From Callorhinchus milii (Eukaryota), in contig NW_024704742.1 of assembly GCF_018977255.1 (NCBI RefSeq), forward strand, positions 36,148,001-36,212,000: 64,000 nt of DNA, written 5' to 3'. Numbering within the stretch: the stretch's first letter is position 1; each line of letters opens with the position of its first letter. The translations under genes and the position numbers were made by a program. The notes beneath the pieces were generated by a model. It was not told where the DNA came from. It saw nothing but the letters and a program-made list of their open reading frames with translations, and searched no databases. Shown piece after piece: positions 25,951-38,267 of this stretch.

Positions 25951-27059
25951 CAGGCTCTCTCTCTTCTCATTGTGCCTGGTAGTCCTGCTGTGCTATGAGC
26001 ATATGACCAACGTTTGTAGATAAATAACAAACATTCCCTCTTTCCCCGGCACTGGAATAACTGATTCTTTCAAACTATATGTTTATACTTTCAAAATAAT
26101 GATGGATGTTGACACAGAATATTTTAAAATCTCAGGCATGGAGTGAGAAGGTTTTTGACATTTTGTCTTCTTGTCCACCGAGTGCTCAGGACATGTAAGA
26201 CTAGAAATTCAGTCAAGTCTCATCACAAAAAAATGCACATTATCTACAACTCTGGTTCCAATTTACTTTGTAGCTCCCTTCAACAGGCAGGAGATCAGTT
26301 CATTTTTTTTACTTGAACCACAAGAGTGTCCATCAGTTCAGAGAAAAGATTTTTTTCAAAAATTTCCCCTTCTCCGGTATAAAACCTGCAACAAAATACC
26401 CAAATTTGGCTATAATGTTTAAGTTTGCACAAGGAAGGCAAACAGCAATGCGATCAACAAACCTTCTCCTCCGTGTGGCAGTCCATGAAAATAAAGAGCA
26501 TTCAAAACAGACGCGGAGAAATTAAGCTTTCAATGGAATTACTATAATTAAGAATACCATTCTGCCAAATTATAAGCAAGTGCAAACTTCAAGAGGAAAC
26601 TTAGCATCAGCAAAAAGAAACATGGTGTTTGTTGTCCTGCTGTACCACACACCATCTGCTCCTGAAGTGAGCGTGCTGGGAGGGAGACATTTACACAGTG
26701 CTCTCACAATCCTCATCCTAACTCTCTATCAGACACCTTCTTCCTTTCTGTTGGACATTTCAGCTGATGCTCGCTTGGATTTCATCAATGTCTCCAGCCG
26801 TTTGGGGCTGTAAAGTGCAAGGTGTGATGTGCTGCTATATTGTTGAAATTGCATTGGACCTTCTTCCTTCAACCCTCCTTCATGGCCTCCACCAGGCTAC
26901 CCATTGTGGTTGTCCCATGCCTGTTCCTCACTTGAACTAGAACATTTAATCCTAATTTACACACCTTTATCTTTAACCTTCATACGTTTATCTAATCCTC
27001 TTTTAAAAGTCTTACCAATAAGATAATGGTGAGGCCTGAAACCACCAATATTGACACTG

Positions 27060-27332
27060 GAAAACAAAATGCAAAATACTGCAGATGCTGGAAATCTGAA
27101 ACAAAACCAGAAATCGCTGGGAACACTCAGCAGGTCAGGCAACATCTATGGAGAAAGGAAAGTGAGTCAACGTTTCGGGTCCATGACCCTTCGTCAGAAC
27201 TAGGTCATGTTGGGAGGCAGAGGCTTTTAAGGACTAACAGAGAGGGGGGAGGCAGAGCAAGGAAAACAAAGGAGAAAGTGGGGTAGAGGACAGGGGATGA
27301 AAGTTTCGGGTCCACAACCATTCGTCAGAACG
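27060..27332 (-). mobile_element. Penelope-like element terminal repeat with hammerhead and a second partial hammerhead
   Basis: Same terminal sequence as the GIY-YIG-bearing copy at 53881-54625. Confidence 0.9.
27165..27201 (-). ncRNA. Minimal type I hammerhead ribozyme (PLE-associated)
   Basis: Minus strand AGTT-CTGACGA-A-GGGTC-ATG-GACCC-GAAAC-GTT-GACT: CUGANGA and GAAA cores, 5-bp stem II, stem I AGUU/GACU, GUU cleavage triplet. Confidence 0.8.
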
Positions 27333-27953
27333 ACTAATATTAACGTTGGTCTTTGGATACTGGCTTAAGCCACAAACTATTTGAGTTGAGATGGTTTGAA
27401 TTGTTGGCACCACTGGCTGGCAACCCCAATGGTAGTTTCATCATGCTAAGGAGAAAGGGCATAATCATCATTTCACTGAATTGCAATTTGTGATGATATA
27501 ATTATCCTGTTACGCCTTTACTATTTTATTGGAATTAGACATTCTTACAGCCTCTTATTATAATGTGTAATATTAGGCAAGTGTGGCAGCCAATTTGCGC
27601 AAAGCAATGTCCCACAAAAAGCCATGAGGTGAATGACCAATGAGTTAATGTCATGAGTTTGAGTATGCTCATAAATCTCTGCTTTCTAATGCATGAAAGA
27701 AAACATGGCTTGGAGTCCTGTAGCTTAGTGGTTACAGACAGACAGGTAGATAGATAGCAGAGAAATTTCAGCACACATATGGGAGCAGTTAGGCCATTGT
27801 GACTGTCCCATGCCAGCTCCTCACTTGAGCTAGAAACTTTAATTCCAGTTTCTGGCTGCTTTGCCACTTTATATTATAAATCTTTTATTTGTTCATCCAA
27901 TTCTCTTTTAAGTGTCACATTAACTCATTGGTCAATCCATTCAATTGGTCATT

Positions 27954-28327
27954 GTGGAGTCCTGTAGCTCAATGGTTAGAGCACTCGCCTCACAAGCAAG
28001 AGATTTGGCTTTGATTCCTGGGCAGGGCGAAATGTTGGGCAAGTTTCCTTACTCCACACGCTTCTGTTTACCTAGCAGTAAGTAGGAAGTTGGTTGTTAG
28101 TCGATTAGCGGATCTCTTTTCCGGGGATAATAATCCCTGAAAAAAAACAATAATAATTTGGTCACTCAATCCATGACTGTTTGTGAGACACTGCTGTGCT
28201 CAATTGGCTGCTGGGTCTCGCCCACAAAATATACAGTCAATTCACTTTACAATATATTCTGTGAAGTGCTTTGCGACCTCTCAACAATGTGATAAGGCAC
28301 TATATCAAATGCAAGAATTATTATTAT
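27954..28327 (+). mobile_element. SINE subfamily B, full length
   Basis: tRNA head, CTGTTTACCTAGCAGTAAGTAGGAA..GTTGTTAGTCG domain, Deu-like core, (TTA)n tail. Confidence 0.95.
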
Positions 28328-28779
28328 ATCTCGGAGCACTGAATTCACTGTAAATGGATTACAGAAGATGGAGAATTATAATTAAGATGTTATAAACACA
28401 GAAAAGATTGCAAATGCACAGTCTCAAAGACATGATAAGGTGCTCTATCAAATGCAAGGATTATTATTATTATTATTATTAAGAAGGATTGAATGGGATG
28501 TTGCAAGGGTCCATGAGGTTGCCTCGTTTGATTCCACATTACTGCTCCTTAACTGTTGTCATCTCCAAATTTAGCATGGTCCTAGCAGTCTGGAAACATG
28601 TAGTACATTTACTGCACTTGCACTCTAAGGACCCTGGCATCATAGAGTATACTACATTCACTGAAAGAATGGTGTGAAAGCAAAAGCGTTATATCAAATG
28701 CAAGGATACTTATTATTATTATTATTCAAGTTTTGGCTGTTTGTGAGGTATTGCTGTGCACAAATTGTCTTACACTTTC

Positions 28780-29156
28780 GCATCCCAATTTTTTTTTGTC
28801 AGCCAGGTATTTGATACATGCGGAAACCAATTGCCATATTTAAGAGTATCCAAATCAAACTGAGAATTCCATGCATCCCACCTACACATGGAAAATCCAG
28901 AGATAGATTGTTGGAATAGAATCCGCACTCTCTCCCTGGAGGAACGCATCCTGATTACCTAATTCTGGAAAGTATTAGGCTTAGGTTGGCAAGAGCCAAG
29001 GCTTGGGTTCCCCAAAGTGTTCGTTTGGGTACCTCTGGAGTCTAACCAGCTAATTCCGCACAGCTTGTCATTGATATCGCTGTCTGCCAAGCTTTCCCAC
29101 TGCTTGTCCAACTAGGAAAATCCTACCCGTTAGCTTTGGCTCACGGGGTTAACAGG
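28780..29156 (+). repeat. Family X constant module, copy 2 (complete module)
   Basis: GCATCC-polyT start through GGGTTAACAGG; reverse complement of 57638-58018 and 42478-42800. Confidence 0.9.
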
Positions 29157-30630
29157 ATCTACAAAACACAGAAATTACACACTACAGTAAATCCTGTCAC
29201 ACTCTTTAAGACATCCTCCCAATGTAAAAGGCATTATAGCAAGTGTAAAGATTATTTCTTATTTATTGAACTCATTTTCAACAGACAATGAATTATCATG
29301 TTGCAATTATAATATACCTTTGTCTAAATTTGGATTCTCATAACCTCCTCCCTTAGGTTTCCAGTAACTATTTTGAATTAATGCTCTCTTGGTGGCAATT
29401 TAGTGAACATAATCTACTATTTGCCCTCTTAAATAAACCATTCCTTTTTCCCGTCAAAACCCTAGTTGCAGCTGAGAAATGTAAAGTGGCATTTTATTTA
29501 AAGTGGCAGAAAAATTACTTTGATGCACTGAAACCCATTTTTAAAATAAATAAATTACAGTGTTTCTAAGGCTGGGCTGTATTACAAGCTAAGTTGGATG
29601 CTTTATAGTTATGAGTTTAGCTCTATTAAAATTGATCAAACGTAGAATATCGTGTTGAAAGGAATGATTTTTTTTCTCCCCAAAGCATCTGTACATCCAA
29701 CCACCATTTCCTTCCAATGTCTATGAACTACTTAAGCAAGATCACTATCGAAATAGGATCCTCAACTTATTTAGACCACACAATGACTTTCAAGGGATTA
29801 TTTGGGGGCAAGGTCAGAATCCAGTTGTAACCACTCTGTTTATATGTGAAACATCAAAGGGTTACTTCTTTAAGTGGCTCAGCAGCTGGACTCCAATGCA
29901 ATTTGCTCCTGAGTCACATTTCTCAGCCCCACTTTTATGCACAGTGAAACAAGACATGAATATCCTAGTGATAACTTACTGCTATTTTTGCTTTCGTAAT
30001 CAGCATGCACAGGCATGCACATTCTGCTGCTTTTTTTTTGCTGTCAAAACATATTGTGCAATTTAATAGATTGGTAGATTAAAATTCCAATTTTACTTTT
30101 GCTCGAATAAGATTAATAGTTTTGTATGGGAATCATTGGTGCTAAATAGTTGTGAACAGTGCACTTATTACTGAATAAAAATGATAAGCACACTAATCAA
30201 ACCGTTCCAGCATAATGTATCTAAATGCATTTGAAGTATTGCTTGTCGGCACAATATTCATCAGTTTGCCTGATACTGCTGACTGCAAAGTTAGGTGCAA
30301 TATTTAATTAGCAGGCAATACTGGAATCAGCAGTCGATTCTAAAATGTATTTAAGCCTTTTAGATTGTACCACTGAGAGAATATGTATTAGCACAAATCA
30401 AAAGGTCTCAGAACTTGCCTCATATTAAGGAATGTGTTGAATTCACATAAAGTGACATTCTGTGACCTAGAAATACACTTTCTCACTTCTTCAATAGGGT
30501 GCCTCCTCGACTTAGCAAACACTCCTTTATATATAATAAGTTGTGTCTAGGCCCTTGCTACACTCCCAGTGCCTTACAGTAGATGGGACTGTCTCAGACA
30601 TTTTGCAATTGAACCAAAATACAATTATGT

Positions 30631-30900
30631 ACAGGATAGATTGTCCTAGCTGGACAAACAGCAAGAAGCTCAATGGCAAGTTATGCAGTTTTAGCTGGTT
30701 AAACTCCAGCAGTATGCCAACACACACAAAGCCTAATATTCTACGGAATTAAGTAAGCAGGGTGCATCCCCCTGGGGAGAGTGTACATTCCATTCCAGAC
30801 ATAGACATTTACATGGAACTCTCTGTCTGATTTAGATACTCTTAAGCATGGTGATAGTTTCTGCACGTGTCAAACGTTTGGCAGACCAAATAAAAAATAC
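30631..30900 (-). repeat. Family X constant module, copy 3
   Basis: GTCCTAGCTGG..GCAGTTTTAGCTGGTTAAACTCCAGCAGTA..GATACTCTTAAGCATGGTGATAG. Confidence 0.85.
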
Positions 30901-31329
30901 AGAATACAACAATTAGGTAAACAGTCAGAAGTAACTCTGTAGCCCTAACTATTGACAAGGGAAATGAAGAAACATGAAATTCTTGATAAGAAAGATGTAA
31001 GTCATGCGTCCGTCTGTCGTTGTGATGCTCTGTTTAACTGAGAGCCTTAGAGCCACTTGTTTTTCTTTCAGAAACAATGAGTAGGCTATAGATATAAGAA
31101 TTGGGCCCACATATTTTAAAAATCCATCTTTGTTTTGACAAAATGGATTTCCATGCCCCGTTGTATGCAGATCAGAATACTTTGCCTATTTCCTCAGTGC
31201 TGTCTGGTATAAGCAGACCGAATATTGGGAGAGTGATAATCACATCTTGTGTCTTGGCCACCTGATCCCACCGATGTGCCAGTGATCTAGGAAACAATGA
31301 TGCAAAAGATAGGCAACAGAGAAAAAATA

Positions 31330-31640
31330 TACAACAATTTGCAATCATATAGTGCCCTTCACTCAGGATAGTATCTTGGAGCATTGGAAAGTGGTAGGGT
31401 TGGAGCTGAGCATGGAAGAAGGGGGAAGTGACCATAGACGTGATCGAAGAGTTAGATCTTCAGGTGGGATTTAAAGATAGATAGAGGGGGTGAGGTGGAG
31501 CGATTAAGGCCGGAAGTTCCAGAGGTTTGAGGCATAGTGGTCAACTCCCCAGCCATCGATGGTGGGAGGAGGGGTCAGGGATGCACAGTGGCCCTGTGTT
31601 AGATGAACGAAAGGGATGAGCAAAGAAGTGGGGTATGAGC
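31330..31640 (-). mobile_element. L2 3' fragment
   Basis: ACAACAATTTGCA..TAGTGCCCTTCAC antisense tail; purine-rich L2 body. Confidence 0.65.
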
Positions 31641-33284
31641 AGAGAAAGCCTTCTTATTAACACTTTACAGTAAAGCTAAAAAAAAGTAAAGCTTTGTGAG
31701 GAGCCTGAAATATTGTAAACAAAATCTTCCCCAGTTTAATATCAGCTCAATTTTTTGCTACAAGGCCTCAATGAAATTGTTACTATTTCAAAAATCTGAG
31801 AACTATGAATAAACCGCTCTCAAAAGCCCATCTTTGTATAGCTGCTATGATTTAGAAATGCACGTATTACAGTTTACAGCATTAAATCACATGTAAGAAC
31901 TTGACTTCAACTAGTCTAAATGCTATCAACCATGCTTTTTTCTACAGCGATTTCATTTGCACGGTATTATGAATACAGAGACTTCCTTACTTCCTTTCAC
32001 TCATATTACACCCAATAAATACCATCTCTGCTTTCATTTGTACTAATCTTTTGAAATCTCACATTTTCTGAACCTATCTGACTTGCTATTTAACTTTTGC
32101 TACATTTATTCTGTCTAAATTATTCTGGCATACTGAAAGAACTGTAGCTTTCTTTTTTCCTATTACACCAATTTCACTTGTGCCTCTTGTTTGTTGGCAT
32201 TTAAATTCAAGGGCTTCAAACCTGACTTCTTCACAACAGAATCTACCAACTCTGATAATGTCTCCAGCGCTTCGGAGCATTATCCTGTGTGTAGGGCTCT
32301 ATGTAAATGCAAGTTATTATTAATAACAAAAAACTTCCTTGCCTATCAATCTCTTGGCACCAGGATTCAGTGTCAATACATCAAAAAGTATTGTAAACCT
32401 TGTTGTAACTGTTGCAGCTGATTGACAGCTCCATATGTAAAAGCTTAAAACATAACAACTACAACATAGCTAAGAAAGACAAGCCATTTTTTCCACACTA
32501 TCTTTTTTCCTTCTCTGTCTTGTTTCCTTTGGCTCTTTGTTCTCATTCAGTCAGAAGAGCCTAATATACAACTTTGAACTTTGAATGCTTCATCTCCAAA
32601 ATGCAAGAACCCAATTCCTATTCCCTTTGACTCAGTAACAAAATTCCTTGCACACCATCGTACTGAGCTGTACAGACCAGGATGCTCACAGATCACACGA
32701 GCGGTTTGGGCCATTTGATACCAACTTTTCAGAAAACCCACCCTATATTCTTCACAATGAAGCATCAAGCTGTTTCTTAAATAAGATTACAATCCCTAGT
32801 GTGTTGAGATACCATCTCAGTTGAGACATCAGTAAGTGTTAATAACCCTGGGCCATGAAGTGGTAAAAAAAGAAATACCATTTCTTGTTGATAAAAATCA
32901 AATTCCTGATCAGCGTCCTATATCCCTCTGCTGCACCTATGTGGACATTGGGTGAGGCCAGTGGAATAACCTACTGATACAAACTGTCCAGTCTGATACA
33001 TGCAGTGTACCCAATCCAAACATACTCCAGTGTGGATCATTGTTCTCAGGATAGGAGGGAGAAATTGGAAAACTACAACTCCTTCAACTCTCCAAACCAC
33101 TACTCTGCCTGAAGAGCACTAAAAAAAATCCTGTATGAAGCGCTCTATGTAAGTTGTTGTTGTTGTGGATTACTATACTACTTGGCTTTGTACATTGCAA
33201 AGTATGTACAGTAATATGATGTTTCTGATGTAACATTTTGTTGAAGTGATGTGAAAGGTGCTATATAAATGCAATTTGTTTTGT

Positions 33285-33482
33285 ACATGTTTATATAGCG
33301 ACTTTCATGTTGAGAAGTCATCTCAAAGTGCTTCGGTGGGGGAGGGAGGGTGTAGTGGAGTGGGGAAAGGTGACCAAAATGTGATCTAAATAAAAAGGGA
33401 GGGCTTAGGGTGGAGGGACTCTGGGATGGAATTTCAGAGAATGTGGACAGAATGGCTCAATGCTCATCCACTGATGGTGGGC
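33285..33482 (-). mobile_element. L2 3' fragment
   Basis: TTTATATAGCGACTTTCATGTT tail; GGAATTTCAGAG..CCACTGATGGTGG. Confidence 0.6.
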
Positions 33483-35704
33483 TACTCAGCAATGATATTT
33501 CTTTGTGTGGAAAACAAAATATAATATTTCTCCAATAACCAAATAATTAATTGAATGGGAGGAAACTCATGAGAATACTTTGTGGTTTGTTCCCCCACCG
33601 ATTCCATTATGCAGCACATTTGGTGGTGAATTGGCACAATTTTGACAGTGATTAGGCACCAAACATGCAGTGTAAATTGGTGCTCACGACACTACCTGGA
33701 GCCAGTGATACTATGAAACTCACATCCTCTTGTGGGTACATTCAACGAACTGTTTTTAACATCATTAAAGAGCCTTTTTTGAAGCTAGAAAAAAACATCT
33801 AATTTCCGTGTTCTACAACAACAGCAACAAGATTACATTTGTATAGCGCCTTTCAAGTCGGGAAGACTTCCCAGGTGCTGAACACAGGCACAAGGAACCC
33901 TTAAAGCGGATATGTTTTTTTAATCTGAATTTAAAATGACTTAGAAAGGGAGGTACAATCAGATTTGTCACATCAGACTGTTTTGCTGCTAGGAAACATA
34001 GCAACTTCACCCCTACACTATTCTGTACCTAAACCCAGCATCAGAGGGTTATGCTCATCCTTTATCTTAGAATAGTGGGAGGTGGGGAATAACAGCCAGT
34101 AATGAAATCAGCTGTGTTGCAATTGACAAGGAATGATTTCATGCTCTGTGGCTCTAAATAGTCCACCAATCAAAATTTGCAACATTTTGGAGAAATAGGT
34201 AAAATAAAGATACGAGATATCTAGGATTGATTAGAAGGCAGTAATCTCCTCAGAGAGAGCTTGGAAAACATCATAAATCAGGACAGCAAAGCCAAAAGCG
34301 GTTTATAATCATCATCTGAATCTCATAAAATGGGATTAGTCTTGAAATCACTGCAGATTATCATCTATTTGAAAAGTATATCCTGTAGAGGTGTTTTAAT
34401 TACGTTTGGGGTCCTCTTAATCAAAACAAAGCCTGAACACCATGAGCGGGCCCTTCTGTGTCCTTTATCTGTGATGATGGAGTGAAAATTGAAACAGATG
34501 AGGTGTTGGTGATAATTATCACATTGTTGATGAATGTGGTTGAGACAGTCGATAACTAAAGATTAGCCACATTTGTGAACCTTCCCCCCCTTCCCGACTG
34601 ACTCATCACAACGAAACCACCCGCGCGGCTATTGCACTTTGAGCCTACAGAATACTGGGCTTTAACTCATAATTTGTGTTGAGTTAAACACATGTCCCAC
34701 AAACCACAGCAACCCCAATATTGTGATCCATGGACCCGGTCAACCTTGAACTCAACCACTGTGACAGTCAGAGGGGATTCACACCCACACCCAATCTTTG
34801 GTTGGCAACTGTCTGGTTTTATAAATGATGTGAGAATTAATACACATCACAAGCTTCACCCCAGTGTCAACAATTGGGTCATAATATCCATATAGTGTAT
34901 GATGATCCCATGCCCATCAATTATTGACAAATAATCAGGTTATTTAGTTACATAAAATAACTAAATAACCAAGGGTAGGAATTAAGCTGTCTCCAGCAGG
35001 GTCTTCACATCATTAATAGTCAACAGAAATAAGGCTGTGTACATTAAAACTACTTTTCCATTATGAAGGCTGAGCAGAATATTGCACTAAACTAATTGGA
35101 GACATGAAGCATTACTGCCCAAGTAGAAAATCACCAATTAAACCAATAATGAAAGGGCAGAAGAAATTAAATTCGGCACCAATTTTGCAAATTTGCTTTA
35201 TTGAGTGCTAAACACATGTGCAATCAAGTAAGATCTGAAGTGGAGTTTAATACCTCCCTTCTCTTGTAAACATATTTAGTCACAAATCTGCTGTACTTCT
35301 TCCACTAAACATTAGTGATGTTATTTATAGTAACAATAGAACTGATTGATTATGGTGCAATCACAGAGAAATAATAGGAATTTTAAGCAAAATATGAATT
35401 TTATAAACCCCCGCTACAAAGATTACAACATTATGTAGTTTTCCAAAAAATGGTAACAAATATGACATTGATGGGAATCAATTTATATCCTATTTGGGTG
35501 AAATATCTGGTATGACTAATATCTGAAGGAAATGGGGATCAGATAAAGGCATGATGCATTTTTTCAGAATACAGGGCACACATACACGTTGCAGTTTCCC
35601 TAAATTATAAACCAGCTTTCTGGTGTTAAGCAAGAAGACCTGGACTCACAAATAAGAGGAAACAGCTTTGATATAAGTTTTACTCACAGAGTATTGCTAA
35701 TGTA

Positions 35705-36205
35705 CAGGTGTCAGTTCAGCCTGGCTTGGTTGGTAGCACTCTCATCTCCTATCCCCACCCTCCCTGCCCTTCAGCCTCCCTGATCCCAACCCCCCCCACC
35801 CACCCTCCGTTTGGGTCCTAATCCCTGACTGTTCAGCACCTTGGGACTTCCTCCCGACGTGAAAGGCAAAACAAATTTAATTTTGTTGTTGTTTGTTAGA
35901 AGCTTATGGCTTCATTCCCCAAGTAAGGACTTTGAGACACAGTGCTGGGGGATAGATGTCATTCTTCAGATGAGACATTAAACCAAGGCTTTATCTACCT
36001 GTTCAGGTGGTCGTTAAAGATCCCACAGCACTATTTGAAACAAAAATGGAAGCGTAGGTGCCAACCCCAGAAATAAAATTGTTCACTGATTTCATGGCTG
36101 TTTGTGGGACATTGCTGTGAGCAAATTGCCTGCCAAATGTGCCTACAAAGTACATACTCAGATACTATACAATAAAAATACTGTGAAGTGCTTTGAGATG
36201 GTTTG
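35705..36205 (+). mobile_element. Deu-domain SINE with nested L2 tail (~35750-35893)
   Basis: GGTTGGTAGCACTCTC head; nested CAGCACCTTGGGACTTCCTCCCGACGTGAAAGGC..(TTG)n; then GATGAGACATTAAACC..AAAGATCCCACAGCACTATTTGAA. Confidence 0.8.
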
Positions 36206-37961
36206 ACAATGTCCTCTCTGTTCTCCTTTAGTGCTCTGAGTCCTCTAGTGCTCTGTGTCCTGCTCGCTTTGGGCAATTCATTCATTTCAAAGAGAATGCT
36301 TATCCAGGCATTTTAGTAGCCATTTGATGCAGATGTGTCTTTTTGTTCCAATACTCTCCACATGCAACCTACATGCCAGATATTATGGTGAGTGCTTAGC
36401 TTTGAAGCAAGAATAATTCTATTGGCATGAGCTTTGCTCCATTGGAAACAGCCTCAAGGTTATGTGAAATTGTCGCTGAAAGTGTTGATTTCTACTTCCC
36501 CAGTAGGGTTGCCTTCCTTTTGCCAATTCCAAGAACGAGGCAGGTAAAGCAGTATGTGGGATAATGGCTAGAGTTCTGAGGTTTGCTTTCCCGATGATTA
36601 CAATTCATTGAAAACTTCAATAACCTTAATTATTAATGCCACCACATCATAAGACTCACAGTAAAGAAAACATTTGACTTTTTTTTAAAAAGCAGACTTC
36701 TTGATACCTGGTGTTCATTTTAAAAATATTGAGGCAACCCACTCATAATGTGCTGCCCCATTCAGTCTAAATCCAGATGAGTGGCAGCCCTGAGACCCTT
36801 AGAATTTGCATTTAATATACAAACAAAGCTCTTGGTAAGAATGACCTCCATTTGGACAAATATACAATGATGCACTGAAACCCAGTAGTTTTGTTTTGGA
36901 GCTTTACAAAAGCCCTTTGTTACCTTTTCTGATTAATAGCTAATGCTTAAATGACATAAATGAACATGGAGTCTGTAATGGAGAGAGGGTTTGGCTTCAG
37001 TCTTGCCCTTTCAGCTACATCAATCACCCTGTATTTATCAGGCATGCAACTGTGCATCATTCAATTCCCTCCGTCTCCAGCTTCATATTGGAACTCAGAC
37101 TACCTCAAGGGTAACTCTGACTGTTGCCATGAAATGGATTCACGTATCTCCAAAAAAATGTTTCGAAATAAAAAGCTGAATGTAATATGCTTTCTGTGCT
37201 CTGTGAAATGATTTCCTAAATATAGACTCCAGTGTAATAGACTGCAAGTACAGTATAACCACACTGCAGAGAGAAGCATCAAGGACAATGGGTGAAATGA
37301 GTGAGATTTCATAATATATTCATTATGATAATTGCAATACATTGTGAAATGTCTCCTCTAGGTGTAACTGGTTAGAAATCATATTAAATAATCACGCCTT
37401 ATTTTCAGAGATGTAGAATTTCATATTTGTTTCTTAGGAAAAGATTTGCATGTAGAAAACAAGCTGTGTTATATTTTATAGAGAAGGTGACATTTTCTAT
37501 ATTTCAGATGCTCCTCCACAGGGAAGGACAGGGACAAAATCATCAGAAAATTGACTCAAAGTTACTACTGTGCAAACTCTAGTTTAATAATGGCATTTGT
37601 CATCTTTTCACAAATGTTGTCTACCAGAAAATGGGGGGGGGGGGGGCTCCTACAATTCTAAAATAATAAGGAAGAAAAATACCTTGTAACTAATACCCCT
37701 TAATTACATGCTTTGCCAGTCCTTTTAATGGAAAAATCCACTAAGGTTGCGTAAATTTACAAACAAAGAGAAAGATAGTCCATTCCCTTCGAGAAATGAA
37801 AGCGTGGGAAACATTTCTTGTTGCTAACTGTAGTGACTTTGCGATATTTGTTTCTTTTCTCATTATAAAGAACGCATTTGAGTCTATTCATGCACATATT
37901 GCTAAAAAACAGGGATATTTGTGTCAATTGTCTAAAATAGTAAATCCTTGTATGAACAAGG

Positions 37962-38267
37962 GTGGAGTCCTGTAGCTCAGTGGTTAGAGCACTCGCTTTG
38001 CAAGTGAGAGACCTGAGTTCAATTCCAGGCAGGGCGAAACCTTGGGCAAGTTTCCTTACTCCACTAATAATAATCCCTCCAAAAAAAAACAACAATAATA
38101 AATTGGTCATTTTCGATCCACGACTGTTTGTGGGACATTGCTGTGCGCAATTGGCTGCCGCGTTCGCCCACAAATATACAGTCAATTCACTTTACAGTAT
38201 ATTCTGTGAAGCGCTTTGGGACATGAAAAACGCTATATCAAATGCAAGATTATTATATTATTATTAT
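37962..38267 (+). mobile_element. SINE subfamily A, near full length
   Basis: GTGGAGTCCTGTAGCTCAGTGGTTAGAGC head through (TTA)n tail. Confidence 0.95.

Noticed and set aside
28780..29156. Family X as a solo LTR or viral IRES
   Set aside because: No consistent TG..CA ends, TSD, PBS or PPT, and no IRES domain I can identify; not excluded without a database search.
37962..38040. tRNA-Ala gene
   Set aside because: It has A/B boxes and an anticodon arm but no paired acceptor stem, and it continues into a multi-copy SINE body; the same holds for the other heads.
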